From positions 156,870 to 220,869 of the forward strand of contig VMFR01000002.1 in assembly GCA_007376135.1 (NCBI GenBank): a stretch of DNA of 64,000 bases, in the 5' to 3' direction. Both the position numbers and the translations under genes were made by a program. The notes below the pieces were generated by a model. The model made no database searches and was not told where the DNA came from. It was given only the letters and a program-made list of their open reading frames with translations. How positions within the stretch are numbered: the stretch's first letter is position 1; each line of letters opens with the position of its first letter. Shown one piece after another: positions 45,836-55,999 of the stretch. The stretch is from Parcubacteria group bacterium Gr01-1014_31. GTDB lineage: Bacteria > Patescibacteriota > Patescibacteriia > Buchananbacterales > GWA2-38-13.

Positions 45836-46062
45836 GACACTCTCCTATGTTTGCGGGTTATCCTCCACCCGTCAGGGTTCCAGGAATTACCTGGCGTTTC
45901 AAAGACCATCTCCACGGAAAACGATCCCGCGGAGTACCTTGGCGGAACGATTCCGTCAGGGAAAATGCTTTATACCATAGATTTGTTGAATTGTCAATAT
46001 AATTAGACCATCATTAAAAAACGCGGCGTAAGCCGCGTTTTTCCCTCCAGCCAGGGGAGAAG

Positions 46063-47103
46063 CTAGTCCAGCAGTTCGGGGTTGAGCATGTGAAATTGCG
46101 CCGTCTCTTTCGTGATCTCTTCATTGCGGAACAGGTTGATGAGGTCCTGGTCCATGGTGATCATCCCTTCCTCCGCGCTGGTCTGCAGCACCGTCTTGAT
46201 CTGCGCGATCTTGTTCTCGCGCACGAGGTTGGCGACCGCCGGGGTGTTGATCAGGATCTCGCGGGTGGCGACGCGGCCGCCGGTTTTCCTGGGGATGAGA
46301 CGCTGGGAAATGATGGCGCGCAGCGTGATGGACAGCTGCAGGCGGATCTGGGGCTGCTGGTGCGGGGGGAAGATGTCGATAATGCGGTCCATCGTCTGGG
46401 CGGCATTGTGGGTGTGGAGTGTCGCCAGTACCAGGTGGCCGGTCTCCGCCAGGGTGATGGTGGTGGCGATCGTCTCCAGGTCGCGCATTTCGCCGACCAT
46501 GATGACGTTGGGGTCCTGGCGCAGGACGTGGATGAGTGCGTTGTTAAAGCTGAGCATGTCGGTGTTCAGCTGGCGCTGCTTGATGATGGATTTGATGGGT
46601 TCGAAAACGAACTCAATGGGGTCTTCCAGCGTGATGATGTGCGAGGAGCGTTCGTTGTTGATGTGGTTGATCATCGCCGCCAAGGTCGTCGACTTGCCGC
46701 AGCCGGTGGGGCCGGTCACCAGCAGCAGCCCTTGTTGCAGGTTGAGCAGGTCGTAAACGATCTGCGGCACGTTGATGTCCTTGAGGGTCGGGATCTCCTT
46801 GCTGATGACGCGCGCGACCATCCCCAGGTTATCCTTTTCCCAGTGGCAGTTGACACGGAAGCGTCCGATACTCTTCAGGTCGTAGGAGAGGTCCAACTCG
46901 CGCTCCGTTTCCAGCAGGCCGTACTGTTTGTCGGTCAACATCGGTTTGATGAGCGCGCGGATGTCATTGCCCGTCAGCTTCGCCTTGCCGGGGATCTGGT
47001 GCAATACCCCGTCAATGCGGATGATCGGCGGCATCGCGGTCACCAGATGAAGGTCGGAGGCCTTGCGCTCGACGGCGATCTTGAATAACTCATCGATGCT
47101 CAT
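46063..47103 (-). CDS. pilT: Type IV pilus retraction ATPase PilT
   Basis: Walker A GPTGCGKSTT, Asp box and His box (VGEMRD, ATLHT) of PilT/PilU ATPases. Confidence 0.9.
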   Translation of the reverse strand: MSIDELFKIAVERKASDLHLVTAMPPIIRIDGVLHQIPGKAKLTGNDIRALIKPMLTDKQYGLLETERELDLSYDLKSIGRFRVNCHWEKDNLGMVARVISKEIPTLKDINVPQIVYDLLNLQQGLLLVTGPTGCGKSTTLAAMINHINNERSSHIITLEDPIEFVFEPIKSIIKQRQLNTDMLSFNNALIHVLRQDPNVIMVGEMRDLETIATTITLAETGHLVLATLHTHNAAQTMDRIIDIFPPHQQPQIRLQLSITLRAIISQRLIPRKTGGRVATREILINTPAVANLVRENKIAQIKTVLQTSAEEGMITMDQDLINLFRNEEITKETAQFHMLNPELLD

Positions 47104-47175
47104 ATAGCAGATTCGGACGTTACGACGTTACCGGATGATTATACCATACCGCTCAGCCTTCGGAAATGTTCGATA

Positions 47176-47210
47176 CCAGAAAAAAAACGCCCCGCCGCAG
47201 GCGGGGCACA
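47176..47210 (-). terminator. Terminator after rnc (minus strand)
   Basis: Reverse complement ctattgtgccccgcctgcggcggggcgttttttt. Confidence 0.55.
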
Positions 47211-47241
47211 ATAGTATCTCATTTTGTACTGGCTCCTTTCT

Positions 47242-47940
47242 TCACGACCAGCTCTTCGTTTTTAATCCGCGTTCCGCCGCCCGCTCCTGGGCTTCGCGTT
47301 TGCTGGAACCTTCTCCTTCCGCGACCAGCTCTTCGCCCAGGTAGAGACCGACGGTGAAGTGTTTTGCGTGGTCCGGTCCGCGTTCCGACAGCACCTGGTA
47401 CGTGGGGGTGATCCCCAGCTGCTCCTGGGCGGATTCCTGAAAGCGGCTCTTGGGGTCGTGGTAGAGCTGCTCTTCGAAAATGCGCGGTAGTTCCGGCAGC
47501 AGGCAGCGCTCGAGGAACCCTTTGGTGGCGTCGTACCCGCCGTCCAGGTAGATGGCGCCGACTACCGCCTCAAAGGCGTTGGCCAGGATATACTGGCGCG
47601 CTTTGCCCTGGGCGTCGGCCGCTTCGCCGCGGCTCAAGTACAGGTAGGGCTCCAGCTCCAGGTCGCGCGCGACCTTGGCCAGCATTTTGGCGTTCACCAG
47701 CGCCGCGCGCCAGTTGGTCAGTTCGCCCTCCGAATTGGGGTAGCGTTGATAGAGATTTTCGGTCACCACGAGCTCGATGACGGCGTCGCCTAAAAATTCC
47801 AGCCGTTCATTCTGGCCGAGCGGGAAACCCGGGTTCTCATTCAGGTAGGACCGGTGGACCATCGCCTGCTTGAGCAGGTCGAGGGTGTGGAAAGTGACGC
47901 CGAGGCGTTGCTGCAGCGGCCCAAAGTCGGTCAGCGGCAT
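47242..47940 (-). CDS. rnc: Ribonuclease III
   Basis: ERLEFLGDAV catalytic signature and a C-terminal dsRBD. Confidence 0.9.
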   Translation of the reverse strand: MPLTDFGPLQQRLGVTFHTLDLLKQAMVHRSYLNENPGFPLGQNERLEFLGDAVIELVVTENLYQRYPNSEGELTNWRAALVNAKMLAKVARDLELEPYLYLSRGEAADAQGKARQYILANAFEAVVGAIYLDGGYDATKGFLERCLLPELPRIFEEQLYHDPKSRFQESAQEQLGITPTYQVLSERGPDHAKHFTVGLYLGEELVAEGEGSSKREAQERAAERGLKTKSWS

Positions 47941-48017
47941 GGGGCGGAATCGTTATTCCGCCTGATCACCTGTGGCGGTAACCGGAGTTGCCGCAAGAGG
48001 TAAGCAGGCCGGGTAAG

Positions 48018-48512
48018 TTAAGCGGCAGGAGGCGGCGGCGGTGCCGTGGGTGCTCCTTCGGCCGACGGTTTGGCGTTGACGATCTTGGGGGCGCCGGCAG
48101 CCTCCATTTCCTTGTAGATGGTGCCAAGGACCCCGTTGACGAATTTTCCGGAGCTTTCGCCCCCGAACGTTTTCGCCAACTCGATCGCTTCATTGATGGC
48201 GACCTTGGCCGGGATCTCGACGTCGTGCTGCAGTTCGTAGATGCCGATGCGCAGGACGTTGCGGTCGACGTTGGTGATCTGCTCCAGCGGCCACTCGGGC
48301 GCGTGGTCGACGATCTCCTTGTCGATGGCGCTCCGGTTGGCGGCTACGCCGGCAACGAGCCGTCCCGCAAAACCACCATCATCAAAATCCGGCGCGAACT
48401 CGAGAAAGTTGCGCGTCAGCATGTCGGACAGCTGGTCGTCCGGCTTCCCGTTGAAGTCCCACTGGAACAGCGTCTGCAGGGCGATCGTGCGGGCGAGGTG
48501 GCGGTTGGACAT
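48018..48512 (-). CDS. nusB: Transcription antitermination factor NusB (with Pro/Ala-rich C-terminal tail)
   Basis: [14 protein letters not shown]...ILRIGIYEL NusB fold motifs. Confidence 0.85.
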   Translation of the reverse strand: MSNRHLARTIALQTLFQWDFNGKPDDQLSDMLTRNFLEFAPDFDDGGFAGRLVAGVAANRSAIDKEIVDHAPEWPLEQITNVDRNVLRIGIYELQHDVEIPAKVAINEAIELAKTFGGESSGKFVNGVLGTIYKEMEAAGAPKIVNAKPSAEGAPTAPPPPPAA

Positions 48513-48542
48513 AGACGGGAAAGGGCGACTCGGTGATAGTGG

Positions 48543-48776
48543 TTAGCCTTTGGCCGGTGCGGCCTCGGTCGACTGGCCTTTTCGCGGTTTGGCGGCTTTC
48601 ACTTTTGCCGCGATGACCTGGCGGCCGCGGTAGCTGCCGCAGAAGCGGCACGCCTGGTGCGGCACCGTGGGTTTTCCGCAGTTGCTGCAGCGGGTGAGCA
48701 CCAGCGCGGGGATCGCGCGATGCGCCCAGCCGCGACGTTTTTTTGAACGGGAACGGCGTTTGCCTGGAATGGGCAT
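48543..48776 (-). CDS. rpmF: 50S ribosomal protein L32 (extended C-terminus)
   Basis: Basic N-terminus plus a CxxCG...CxxCG zinc ribbon (CSNCGKP...CRFCGSY). Confidence 0.75.
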   Translation of the reverse strand: MPIPGKRRSRSKKRRGWAHRAIPALVLTRCSNCGKPTVPHQACRFCGSYRGRQVIAAKVKAAKPRKGQSTEAAPAKG

Positions 48777-48857
48777 GGGAAATTCTCCTTAATCATCCGT
48801 CGCCCCGCGAGATCAGGGGAGCAGATTACCGTAGTATAGACAGATTTTGTTGGATTT

Positions 48858-48971
48858 GGCAAGCCCCGTAGGACAACGGTCGATGCCATTATGGATGGGC
48901 CTCTGGTAGTGCCGGGCGGACCGCGGAGGTTCCCTGTCTCCGGAAGTCCGTTGTCCTACGGGGCAAGCCCC
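48858..48971. repeat. Intergenic element R3: TIR ggcaagccccgtaggacaacgg ... ccgttgtcctacggggcaagcccc enclosing a ~68-bp core; lies between gyrA and rpmF
   Basis: See R1 and R2. Confidence 0.65.
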
Positions 48972-48990
48972 GTCCTTCCGGTGGCGTGCC

Positions 48991-51468
48991 TTACAGCAGC
49001 GTGACCGAAGCCACCCGGTCGTCCTCTTCCTTGAAGCGCATCAGCCGCACGCCTTGGGTGGCGCGGCCCAGCACCGAGACCGAATTGAGCGGCAGCCGGA
49101 TGACCTGTCCCTTGATGGACACGATGATGAGGTCGGCTTCGACGGACTGGCTGTTGACCACGATGGCGGACACGATGGGGCCGGTTTTCGGGGTGATCTT
49201 GGCCGTCTTGATGCCGGAGCCGCCGCGCCCCTGCGTTTTGTAGGCCTTGAGCGTGGAGCGCTTGCCAAAGCCGTGCGCCATGACCGTCAGGAGTTGGCCG
49301 ACATTGACCAGCGCCGGGTCGATGACGTCCATACCGACGACGGTGTCGTTCCCCTTGAGTCGCAGGCCGCGTACGCCGCTCGCCGGCCGGCCCATCGGGC
49401 GCAGCTGCCGTTCGGGGAAGCGGATGCTTTGCCCTTGGGCTGTCACCAACAGGATGCTGTCCTGCCCGCTGGAGGGTTTGACCCAGTCCAAAATGTCGTC
49501 CTTGTGCAGGCGGATGGCGATCAGCCCGGAGCGGCGGACATTGACGAAGTCGTCGAGCGACACTTTCTTGATCTGCCCCCTGGTCGTGACCATGACCAGG
49601 AATTTCGCTTCGTCCTTTTCCGGCATGGGCAGGGCGGCCGAGATGCGTTCGTTGGGCCCCAATTGTAGGAAATTGACGATGGCGGTTCCCCGCGATTGCC
49701 GTGAGGCTTTGGGAATTTCGTAGGCCAAGAGCTGGAAAACGCGGCCGCTGGAGGTGAAGAAGAGGATGTTGGTGTGGGTTGTCGTCGAGAAGAAATGGGC
49801 GACAAAGTCCTCGTCCTTCGTGGCCAGGCCGATGACCCCCTTGCCGCCGCGTTCCTGCGTGCGGAAGGAGTCTGGCGGCAGCGCCTTGATGTAGCCGTTG
49901 CGGGAAAGCGCGATGATGACGTCCTCATCGGGGATGAGATCTTCCTGGGTGAATTCTTTGACCCCGTGCGCGACCACCTGGGTGCGGCGTGCGTCGCCGT
50001 ATTTTTCTTTCAACGCTTTGAGCTCGTCCTTGATGATGCCGGTGATGCGCGCCGCCGATTTCAGGATCGCTTGCAGCTCCTTAATGAGGGCCAGTTTGGC
50101 TTTCAATTCCTGTTCGATCTGCAGGCGTTCGAGGTTGGCCAGTTGCTGCAACCGCATCTCCAGGATGGCAACCGCCTGCCGCTCCGAGAGCTTGAAGCGT
50201 TTGATGAGGTTGATCCGGGCTTCGTCCTTGTCCTGGGATTTCTTGATGGTGGCGATGATCTCGTCGATCTTGGCCAAGGCCAGCTTCAAACCCTCCAAGA
50301 TGTGGGCGCGCTCCTCGGCACGCGCCAGGTCGTAGGCGGTGCGCCGCTTGATGACCTCGCGACGGTGCTTAAGATATTCTTCCAGGATGGCCTTGAGCGT
50401 GAGCACCCTCGGTTGGATGCCGTCCACCAGCGCCAGCAGGTTGACGTGGTAGGTTTCCTGGAGCTGGGTGTGCTGGTAGAGCTGGTTGAGCACCTTGCGC
50501 GGGTAGGCGTCCTTTTTGAGCTCGATGACGACGCGCAGGCCGCCACGTTCGGACGACTCATCGCGCAAGTCGCGGATGCCCTCCATTTTTTTGTCCTTGA
50601 CCAGTTCGGCGATCTTTTCCAGCAGCATCGCTTTGTTGACCATGTAGGGGATCTCCGTCACCACGATGTGGTGGCCGTTCCCTTGTTCGATGATCTCGGC
50701 CTTGGCGCGGGTGACGATCGCCCCCTTGCCGGTCGCGTATGCTTGTTTGATCTCGCGTTTATCAAAGATGGTCCCACCCGTCGGGAAGTCCGGCCCCTGC
50801 ACGTACTGCATCAAGCCGTCGACGGTCGCGTCCGCGTGGTCGGCCAGGTGGATGGTGGCATCCACGACCTCGCTCAGGTTATGCGGGGGAATGTTGGTCG
50901 CCATGCCGACGGCAATGCCGGTGGAGCCGTTGAGGATGAGGTTGGGCAGCCTTCCGGGCAGCACGGTCGGCTCCTGGTGGGTGCCGTCGTAGTTGGCCAC
51001 GAAGCTGACGGTTTCCTTGTCGATATCGACCAGCAGCTCTTCGGCGATGCCGGCCATTTTGGCCTCGGTGTACCGCATGGCCGCGGCCGAGTCGCCATCC
51101 ATCGAGCCGAAGTTACCCTGTCCCGCCACCAGCGGGTAGCGCAGCGAGAAATCCTGCGCCATGCGGACGAGTGAATCATAGACGGCGATATCGCCGTGGG
51201 GGTGGTATTTGCCGAGACATTCACCGACAATGGTCGCTGATTTGCGGAATTTGGACCCCGGACGCAGACCCAGCGTCCACATCGCGTAAAGCACGCGCCG
51301 GTGCACGGGTTTCAGGCCGTCGCGCACATCCGGCAGCGCGCGCGCGATGATGACGGACATCGCGTAGTCGAGATACGATTCCTGCATCTCCAGCTCGATC
51401 GGGCGCGCCTGGACCGAGATCCGTTCAGGCGCGGCGGGCGGCGGGGTGGTTTTTTTCGTTGGGGCCAT
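48991..51468 (-). CDS. gyrA: DNA gyrase subunit A
   Basis: [24 protein letters not shown], active-site Tyr region and C-terminal beta-pinwheel repeats. Confidence 0.95.
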   Translation of the reverse strand: MAPTKKTTPPPAAPERISVQARPIELEMQESYLDYAMSVIIARALPDVRDGLKPVHRRVLYAMWTLGLRPGSKFRKSATIVGECLGKYHPHGDIAVYDSLVRMAQDFSLRYPLVAGQGNFGSMDGDSAAAMRYTEAKMAGIAEELLVDIDKETVSFVANYDGTHQEPTVLPGRLPNLILNGSTGIAVGMATNIPPHNLSEVVDATIHLADHADATVDGLMQYVQGPDFPTGGTIFDKREIKQAYATGKGAIVTRAKAEIIEQGNGHHIVVTEIPYMVNKAMLLEKIAELVKDKKMEGIRDLRDESSERGGLRVVIELKKDAYPRKVLNQLYQHTQLQETYHVNLLALVDGIQPRVLTLKAILEEYLKHRREVIKRRTAYDLARAEERAHILEGLKLALAKIDEIIATIKKSQDKDEARINLIKRFKLSERQAVAILEMRLQQLANLERLQIEQELKAKLALIKELQAILKSAARITGIIKDELKALKEKYGDARRTQVVAHGVKEFTQEDLIPDEDVIIALSRNGYIKALPPDSFRTQERGGKGVIGLATKDEDFVAHFFSTTTHTNILFFTSSGRVFQLLAYEIPKASRQSRGTAIVNFLQLGPNERISAALPMPEKDEAKFLVMVTTRGQIKKVSLDDFVNVRRSGLIAIRLHKDDILDWVKPSSGQDSILLVTAQGQSIRFPERQLRPMGRPASGVRGLRLKGNDTVVGMDVIDPALVNVGQLLTVMAHGFGKRSTLKAYKTQGRGGSGIKTAKITPKTGPIVSAIVVNSQSVEADLIIVSIKGQVIRLPLNSVSVLGRATQGVRLMRFKEEDDRVASVTLL

Positions 51469-51471
51469 AGG

Positions 51472-52152
51472 TTACGGGGTGGTGGTGGAAGTTCGGAAAA
51501 ATTCGATGGTCGCGGTTTTGGCGACGGTGCGGTTTTCGCAATTTAGGGCGTTGGCGCAGGGATCGATGAGGAGAAAGGCGGTGGTCGTCGCGACGGTCTG
51601 TGGCCGACAATCGCCGCCGACGGGCAGCGTGGTGGTCGCGTCACGCGCGTACCAGTGCAGCCGGACGGGTTCGGGCGGGGTCAGGCAGCGGTCGGTGCAG
51701 TCGCGGCAGGGGGCCGTCTGGCTGACCGTCAAGACGGCCGCCGGCGTGTCCGTGCGGCTGTCGGCCGCCAGGGTCGCCCGCCATCCGGGCGGCAGTACGT
51801 CGTGGAGACCTGTCAGGTTGATGCCCAGGCGTGCCGCGAGCCGTCCCTCCAGCTGGATGCGGATCTTTTCCGCGGTTTGTGCGTCAACGGTGAGGGGGCT
51901 GGACGTTGCCACGGCGCCGTTCTCCCACAGGCTCGTGACCTTTTCCCGCAGCTGTTCCCAGCGCTGCTGGGTCGAGACGACGAATTTCTGCCAATCGTTG
52001 CGCAGGTCGGGAGCGGGCAGGGACGGAACGGTGTCGGATAATGGTGAAAAGATCTTGAGGGCGAAGAACGCGACTCCCATGAGTATCAGCGTCCCGAGTA
52101 CCAGCCACGTGCGCGGGTGCCCGCGGCGCGGCGTTCGCAACGGCTGCTGCAT
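51472..52152 (-). CDS. Hypothetical membrane-anchored protein
   Basis: Single N-terminal TM helix; no motif. Confidence 0.45.
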   Translation of the reverse strand: MQQPLRTPRRGHPRTWLVLGTLILMGVAFFALKIFSPLSDTVPSLPAPDLRNDWQKFVVSTQQRWEQLREKVTSLWENGAVATSSPLTVDAQTAEKIRIQLEGRLAARLGINLTGLHDVLPPGWRATLAADSRTDTPAAVLTVSQTAPCRDCTDRCLTPPEPVRLHWYARDATTTLPVGGDCRPQTVATTTAFLLIDPCANALNCENRTVAKTATIEFFRTSTTTP

Positions 52153-52174
52153 AGGCTGGATTTCACTACGGGGC

Positions 52175-52795
52175 CTACGCCTTGTCCAGCACGATGACCT
52201 TCATTTCTTCCGCTGGCAGATCCTTGCGCGTCAGTTTCAGTTTCGGCAGCGTATCCTTGGGACAGATGCCGATCTCCTGGCAAAATTTATCCAGCGGGTC
52301 GGCTTTCATCGTCAGTCCGGGGATCTTGAATCCGCACGGAATGACGATGCGCGGCTCCAGGAGCGTGACCAATTCCGCGGCTTGCTTGCCGGAAAGGACG
52401 CCGCCGCCGCCTACCGGCACCAGGAGAATATCGGCTCCCGCGAGCTGCGCCACCGCGTCGCTGTCCGGAAGTTCGCCGAGCGTGCCGACGGTGACGACGT
52501 TGAGGCCGTCAATGATGATCCGGTAGCTGGTCAGGGCGCCGCCGCGTTTGGCCGCCACCCCCTCCACCAGGATGCCGCCGGCTTCGTACTCGCCGGGTCC
52601 GGCAACCAGCCGCGGTGCACCCGGACCGTCGGGCAGGTCGAGGTGTTTGGCGGCCGTCGGGTCGGTGACCGCGACGAGATTTGCGTTCAGTCGCGGGCCG
52701 CGCAGGCCGCTGCCGCTAAACAGCGGGTCGGTAATGATGGAAGCGCCGTCGCTCTGCAGGCGGAAGCAGCTGAGGCCGTGCCAGGTGAGTTGCAT
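52175..52795 (-). CDS. MBL-fold metal-dependent hydrolase (UPF0173-like)
   Basis: About 200 aa with MQLTWHGLSCFRL...ITDP and the spacing of the beta-lactamase-fold family. Confidence 0.65.
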   Translation of the reverse strand: MQLTWHGLSCFRLQSDGASIITDPLFSGSGLRGPRLNANLVAVTDPTAAKHLDLPDGPGAPRLVAGPGEYEAGGILVEGVAAKRGGALTSYRIIIDGLNVVTVGTLGELPDSDAVAQLAGADILLVPVGGGGVLSGKQAAELVTLLEPRIVIPCGFKIPGLTMKADPLDKFCQEIGICPKDTLPKLKLTRKDLPAEEMKVIVLDKA

Positions 52796-52801
52796 AAACG
52801 T

Positions 52802-53701
52802 TTACTCAAGGTCAAATGAGAGATCGGGCAGGTCGGGTTTCGTCTCCGGCGAGGGGTGGTGCCCTTTGCGGGCAATGCTGGTTTTGGGGTCGTTGGGAGT
52901 TTCGCGGCGTGCCAGCGTCGAAGCTGTGGTGGGGTGCGTTTCCAGTTCCTCCACCCCTTGTTCGCGGTCGGCGCGTCCGATGCTGGAGGAGCGTTCCTGG
53001 GTATGGCCGGTGCGCAGCGCGCTTTCGGAAACGGGACGCCCGATCGAGCGGCGGATGCCTTCCGGGAGGTCTTCGCGGGCGGCGGCGTTGTAGCGCTTCT
53101 GTTCCTGGTCGGACAGCTCCTGGGCAATGCCTTCCTGCACGTACACCTGGGTGCGTTTGTGCGACTGCATGATGTCCTCGCCGACGTGGGCGTGGGTCAA
53201 TTTCCCGGCCTCGCGCAGCTTGGTGAGCACCAGCCCCATCTGGCGACGGTTGAGGTTGGGTTCGGCACCCGGGCGGGCCGTCGCGCTGCCGAACGGCATG
53301 CCTAGCTCCCGCAGCGCCGATCTGACGTGCTCGGGGTGGCCAGTGGCTTTGCCGTAGTACTCGACGAACTTGCGCGCCGACAGCGTGCCCGGCAGTTTGG
53401 TGATCGAGAGCGGGACGTCCGAGCCGACGTTTTCGGACACCTCGCGGTCGGACATCACCTTCTCGTAGAGCTGCTTCGTGGTGCGCTTGGATTTTATAAT
53501 ATTCTCCTCTTTCAGCTGGTCGATGGAGCGCTGAAATTGGCGTTTGGTCGCCGTCTGCCAGGAAAACCGGCCCATGCCGCCCTGCTTGAGCGCGTCGCTC
53601 ACTTTCTTGGGGACGTAGGAGGTTTTATACGTCTCTTTGCTCAGCCGTTTGATGGTCGATTTGAACTCCGACGGGCTGATGCGGTCGCGCGAGGCGGGCA
53701 T
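52802..53701 (-). CDS. Hypothetical basic protein (299 aa)
   Basis: K/R-rich, no recognizable domain. Confidence 0.45.
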   Translation of the reverse strand: MPASRDRISPSEFKSTIKRLSKETYKTSYVPKKVSDALKQGGMGRFSWQTATKRQFQRSIDQLKEENIIKSKRTTKQLYEKVMSDREVSENVGSDVPLSITKLPGTLSARKFVEYYGKATGHPEHVRSALRELGMPFGSATARPGAEPNLNRRQMGLVLTKLREAGKLTHAHVGEDIMQSHKRTQVYVQEGIAQELSDQEQKRYNAAAREDLPEGIRRSIGRPVSESALRTGHTQERSSSIGRADREQGVEELETHPTTASTLARRETPNDPKTSIARKGHHPSPETKPDLPDLSFDLE

Positions 53702-54037
53702 AGGTACGCGGGGCTGAGGAGGAACAAAAAGGGGGCAATTTCCCTTCTCTATGGTACCTGATTTTTCGCTGGGTGTCCAGTTGAAATGGCAAGGCGCGAG
53801 GCTTGCAAAAAATTTTGTTTCCGGTTATACTGGGGCCTGTTCTGAAGCCCGGAACAGCCGCGGGATCACCCTGCGGTCCGGCCTGCGGGAAGCCGCAATT
53901 TCACGCGGTTCCACGCTGCCGGTACGGGGCCTTTTTATTCTCCATCTGCTGCGGTCGGGACGCGCGCACGTACCGCCACCCGGCAGAGCTGTCTCTCCAA
54001 CGGCGGACGGCTAAGGGAACCGAATGCGCGAAATTCT

Positions 54038-55237
54038 ATGGAAGAAGTAGTACAGAAACCCGCCGTCGAGTCGGCGGAAACCAGCGAACTCAAGCAGTTG
54101 TTGGCGAGCGATGCGGTCAAGATCCCAAAACCCGGGGAGCTCATCAAGGGCAAGGTGATCGCGGTCAGCAAGGCCGAAGTCCGACTGGACATTGACGGCC
54201 TGACCACCGGCGTGGTGCGCGGCCGGGAGTTTTTCGACGAATCCGACCAGTACCGCGACCTCAAAGTCGGCGACGAGGTGGAGGCGACGGTCATCGAGCT
54301 GGAGAACGAGAACGGCGAGATGGAGCTGTCGTTCCGCTTCGCCGGCCATCAGCGCGCCTGGGACCAGCTGACGGTCATGCAGCGCGAAAGCACCCCGATC
54401 GAGGTCGTGGTGACCGAGGCGAATAAAGGCGGACTGATGACGCGGGTGGGCAGCGTGTTGGGGTTCCTCCCGGTGTCGCAGTTGTCCCCCGAGCATTACC
54501 CGCGCGTGCCCGGCGGCGATAAAGCCAAGATCCTGGAACGTCTGCGGCTGCTGGCCGGCACGAAGCTGCTGGTGAAGGTCATTGACGTCAACGAGACCGA
54601 GGGCAAACTCATCGTTTCCGAGAAGGCCGCGTGGGAGGAAAAGCAGAAAGACGTGCTGGCGCGTTACCGCGTCGGCGACACGGTGACCGGCAAGGTAACC
54701 GCGGTGACCGATTTCGGCGTTTTCCTGGAATTCGGCGAGCACCTGGAAGGGCTGGTTCACATTTCCGAGCTGGCGTGGCAGCGCATCGATAAGCCGGCCG
54801 ATCTCTTCCAGCTCGGGCAGGAGATGTCCGCCAAGATCATCAACATCCAGGGGTCCAAGATCTTCCTCTCGGCCAAGCAGTTGGTGGATGACCCGTGGAA
54901 ATCCATCACCGACCGCTACCAGGTCGGCCAGGTGGTCAAGGGCAAGGTCCTCAAGATCAACCCGTTCGGTCTGTTCGTCGAGCTGGACGAAAAGATCCAT
55001 GGGCTGGCCCACGTTTCCGAGCTGTCGGACGCGCCGTTGGCCGACATTACCAAGGCTGCGACGATCGGCGACGAGCTGGAGTTCAAGATCATTTCCATCG
55101 AACCCAAGAACCATCGGCTGGGGTTGAGCCGGCGCAAGCTGCACGAGCCGATGTCCGCTCCCGAGGCCGCCAAAACCGAAGCGTCCGCACCGGCCCCGAC
55201 GGAAGGTTCCGCGCCGGTTCAGGAACCTGGCGCGTAA
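54038..55237 (+). CDS. rpsA: 30S ribosomal protein S1 (four S1 domains)
   Basis: Repeated G.V..V..FG.F.......GL.H.SE blocks. Confidence 0.85.
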   Translation: MEEVVQKPAVESAETSELKQLLASDAVKIPKPGELIKGKVIAVSKAEVRLDIDGLTTGVVRGREFFDESDQYRDLKVGDEVEATVIELENENGEMELSFRFAGHQRAWDQLTVMQRESTPIEVVVTEANKGGLMTRVGSVLGFLPVSQLSPEHYPRVPGGDKAKILERLRLLAGTKLLVKVIDVNETEGKLIVSEKAAWEEKQKDVLARYRVGDTVTGKVTAVTDFGVFLEFGEHLEGLVHISELAWQRIDKPADLFQLGQEMSAKIINIQGSKIFLSAKQLVDDPWKSITDRYQVGQVVKGKVLKINPFGLFVELDEKIHGLAHVSELSDAPLADITKAATIGDELEFKIISIEPKNHRLGLSRRKLHEPMSAPEAAKTEASAPAPTEGSAPVQEPGA

Positions 55238-55259
55238 CGCGCGTTCCCGTTCCGTAAAT

Positions 55260-55295
55260 AAAAACCCCCGGCCTAAGCGGCCGGGGGTTTCGGTT
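55260..55295. terminator. Bidirectional terminator
   Basis: aaacccccggcctaagcggccgggggtttcgg. Confidence 0.55.
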
Positions 55296-55304
55296 GTCCG
55301 CTGT

Positions 55305-55895
55305 TCAAATGCCGTGAGTGATGAGCGAGGCGATAGCCAGCAGGATGGCGGAAAGCAGCGCCAGGTGCGCGGATGTGACCAGCCACGCCGGCCCGCCCGC
55401 CATGGTTTCGATCAGGAGGAGGATGATGGCGACCACCTGGCAGTTCATCTTCATCTTCCCCCAGAGGTTGGCCTTGATGTTGTAGCCTTGCCGTTTCCAG
55501 TGCCAGCCGGCGATGATGAACGACAGGTCGATGAGGACGATCAATGATACGGTGGTCGGGAACTGCGGCAGCGCCAAGATGATGAAGAGCGACCCCATCA
55601 GGAGCTTGTCGGCCAGCGGGTCGAAGGTCTGGCCCCAGCGGGTGATCTGGTGGCGGACCCGCGCCAGACTCCCGTCGAGCGCGTCGGTGAGCGCCGCCAG
55701 CAGGAACAGCGCCGTGCCGGCGCGATACTGTTGGGTCAGCATCAACCAGATGACCGGCGGGGTCAGTACGAACCGCACCACCGTCAGGTGGTTGGGCTTG
55801 ACCCAGCGCGGGATCAGCGGTAGGATGGTCGCCCGTAGCAGGTAATCCTGCGGCTGCAGGGTGGGCGCCAAATGCAGCAGCTCGGCCAGTTTCAT
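55305..55895 (-). CDS. pgsA: CDP-alcohol phosphatidyltransferase (PgsA-like)
   Basis: D...DALDG.LAR...G...D...D motif (DALDGSLARV ... FDPLADKLL). Confidence 0.8.
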   Translation of the reverse strand: MKLAELLHLAPTLQPQDYLLRATILPLIPRWVKPNHLTVVRFVLTPPVIWLMLTQQYRAGTALFLLAALTDALDGSLARVRHQITRWGQTFDPLADKLLMGSLFIILALPQFPTTVSLIVLIDLSFIIAGWHWKRQGYNIKANLWGKMKMNCQVVAIILLLIETMAGGPAWLVTSAHLALLSAILLAIASLITHGI

Positions 55896-55999
55896 ACTCC
55901 TCCTCGCGATTCCCTATCACCGTACACCAAGGCCGCAGACTTGGCTAATCATCGATTGAATGGTATGGTGGATGGTACTATTCCTTAGAATTCCCCCGT

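Noticed and set aside
44486-46006. 506-aa plus-strand ORF overlapping the tRNA region and the minus-strand hypothetical gene
   Set aside because: The translation is dominated by R/G/D/A runs typical of antisense frames in high-GC DNA. The minus-strand frame has protein-like composition and a downstream terminator.
49774-51174. 466-aa plus-strand ORF antisense to gyrA
   Set aside because: gyrA on the minus strand is unambiguous.
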